Shown piece after piece: positions 61,798-64,000 of a DNA stretch of 64,000 nt. The stretch spans positions 2,356,001 through 2,420,000 of the forward strand of contig NC_043014.1 in the NCBI RefSeq assembly GCF_006345805.1, given 5' to 3'. The translations under genes were made by a program, and so were the position numbers. Source of the DNA: Octopus sinensis. Lineage: Eukaryota. Every line of letters begins with the position of its first letter. The stretch's first letter is position 1. Under the pieces are notes generated by a model that was given only the letters and a program-made list of their open reading frames with translations, was not told the DNA's origin and did not search any database.

Positions 61798-61881
61798 CGT
61801 ATGTAGACTGGACTTTGGTGCTGATCTTTCCAAATGGTTATTCTCAACTTTCTTCAACTGAATCTTATAGGTGACATTTGG
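61798..61881 (-). CDS. NOMO: NOMO exon
   Basis: gcttag|CCA...ACG|gtgggt; PNVTYKIQLKKVENNHLERSAPKSSLHT. Confidence 0.9.
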
Positions 61882-62911
61882 CTAAGCAAAGAGACAAACA
61901 GACAGACAGATAGATAAACGGTCTGTTAATTAGCAAGGTGAAACAATTCCCCACTGAATTCAGTGGTACAACTAAATAAGCAATTAGTTTTTAACTCTCC
62001 CTAATTAGAGGAGAGTTAATGAGATGTCAGATTATAACAGTTTCTTGTCAGACTGGAAGATTTCAATAAAAACACGAACCAGCAGCTAAGATTGGTTTTT
62101 GCGCAGATAAAAAAGCAGATGAAAAAGAGGAAAAAACAGGAACAAAACAAAAAGATTATTTAACAATTTTTTAATGTCTTTTTTTAACCCTTTGGCATTG
62201 AGATTTCTCTGTTAAACAAGAATGTTTATTTATTCAAACTGGTTTGAATTAATCCTGCATTATCTCACTCTGCCCATTCAAAGTACCCTGGATTCCAGAA
62301 CGTCCCGCTGTGCTTGAGGAGACCTGTTGAGTCGAGTACATGAACATGAACATCGAAATAAATATCAATGGAAATAGTAGTTGTGATACCTGTGCCAGTG
62401 GCACATAAAAGGCACCATCCGAACGTGGCCGATGCCAGTGCCAACCCGACTGGCTTCTGTGCTGGTGGCACATAAAAGGCACCATCCGAACGTGGCCGAT
62501 GCCAGTGCCAACCCGACTGGCTTCTGTGCCGGTAGCACATAAAAAGCACCATCCGAACGTGGCCGATGCCAGTGCCACCCTGACTGGCTTCCGTGCCGGT
62601 GGCACGTTAAAAGCTCCAACCGATTGTGGCCGATGCCAGACCCCCCCCCCGGCACCTGTGCAGGTGGCACGTAAAAAGCACCCACTACACTTGCGGAGTG
62701 GTTGGCGTTAGGAAGGGCATCCAGCTGTAGAAACTCTGCCAGATCAGACTGGAGCCTGGTGCAGCCCCTGGCTTCCCAGACCCCAGTCGAACCGTCCAAC
62801 CCATGCTCGCGCGGAAAACGGACGTTAAATGATGATGATGAGTTCTCACACCAAATTACTTGCAGGACAAGTACATCGCTGAAAATAGTATAAGAACAAA
62901 GAACTACTCAC

Positions 62912-63053
62912 TGAAAGACCTCGAATCCGGTAGGTTCCATCTTGTTCGGTTTTACTTTCTTCTTGATATTGGACAGAACCAGACACACTGACAGCTTCTA
63001 CAAGAACTCCCGGTTCTGGTTCCCCGTTCAGCGAACTTACACGTCCATAGCAA
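62912..63053 (-). CDS. NOMO: NOMO exon (gene continues beyond the window end)
   Basis: ttacag|T TGC...TCA|gtgagt; CYGRVSSLNGEPEPGVLVEAV...EESKTEQDGTYRIRGL (cf. recalled NOMO1 SCYGTVSSLNGEPEQGV). Confidence 0.93.
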
Positions 63054-64000
63054 CTGTAACACAAGAAAGGAGAAGACATCATCATTATCCTAATAACCAT
63101 TATAATAACTAAACGAGCACAATTCACCTGTGGACACTCAATCTCTCTCCTCCAAACTCGCCAGGTGAAACACCTCACTTGTCCCTGGCATTTACAGGTT
63201 TTAACACTCAGCACTTTTGAGAGAATATTCTCCACCACACCAAATCGCAACCGACCAGCAAATACATTAAGTATATGCGATTGATAATGCGCGCATGCAC
63301 ACATGATGTGCGTGTGTGTATGTGTGTGTATATATATTCTTTTACTTGTTTCAGTCATTTGACTGTGGCCATGCTGGAGCACTGCCATTAGTCGAAAAAA
63401 ATCGACCCCAGGACTTATTCTTTGTAAGCCTAGTACTTACTCTATCAGTTTCTTTTGCTGAACCACTAAGTTACAGGGATGTGAACACACCAACATTGGT
63501 TGTCAAGCAATGGTGGGAGGGACAAACACACACACATACACTCTCGGAGTGGTTGGTGTTAAGAAGGGCATCTAGCTGTAGAAACTCTGCCAGATCAGAT
63601 TGGAGTCTGGTGCAGCCATCTGGTTCGCCAGTCCTCAGTCAAATCATCCAACCCATGCTAGCATGGAAAGTGGACGTTAAACGATGATGATGACGACGGG
63701 CTTCTTTCAGTTTCCGTCTAGCAAATCCACTCACAAGGCTTTGGTCAGCACGAGGCTATAGTAGAAGACACTTGCCCAAGGTGCCACGCTGTGGGACTGA
63801 ACCCAGAACCATGTTGTTGGTAAGCAAGCCACTTACTACACAGCCACTCCTACGCCTACACACACATATATACACACACACACATACAGTAGGCTTCTAC
63901 ATAGTTTCTGAAGTTGATGATGCTGATGATAAAGTTAATGGTGAAGATGATGACGATGATGATGATGACATTATTATTAGTATTGTTGCTGTTGCCATAG

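Overview
Eukaryotic, AT-rich, repeat-dense DNA. The SINE families, (TA)n/(CA)n density and LINE types look like an octopus (coleoid cephalopod) genome; this is an inference from recalled repeat families. Two convergent spliced genes were reconstructed by hand from GT-AG sites and reading phase. (1) A + strand type-I membrane immunoglobulin-superfamily protein: 8 exons at 20490-40805 encoding 3 Ig-like domains, an S/T stalk, a TM helix and a cytoplasmic tail; its 5' signal-peptide exon was not found. (2) The last 7 exons of NOMO (nodal modulator) on the - strand at 55667-63053. The remainder is mobile DNA: a decayed Neptune-type Penelope-like element (RT + GIY-YIG), CR1-group and RTE LINE fragments, four tRNA-derived SINE families, Merlin-, hAT-, mariner- and piggyBac-like MITEs, a non-autonomous Helitron, minisatellites and an interstitial (TTAGGG)n tract. 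The most notable signals are minimal hammerhead-ribozyme motifs with variant cores (one in the Penelope 3' end, two as mirror-image pairs in palindromes sitting in (TA)n), a tRNA-like gene bracketed by direct repeats, and directly visible LINE-SINE 3'-end partnerships. Most ORFs in the supplied track are spurious repeat translations.
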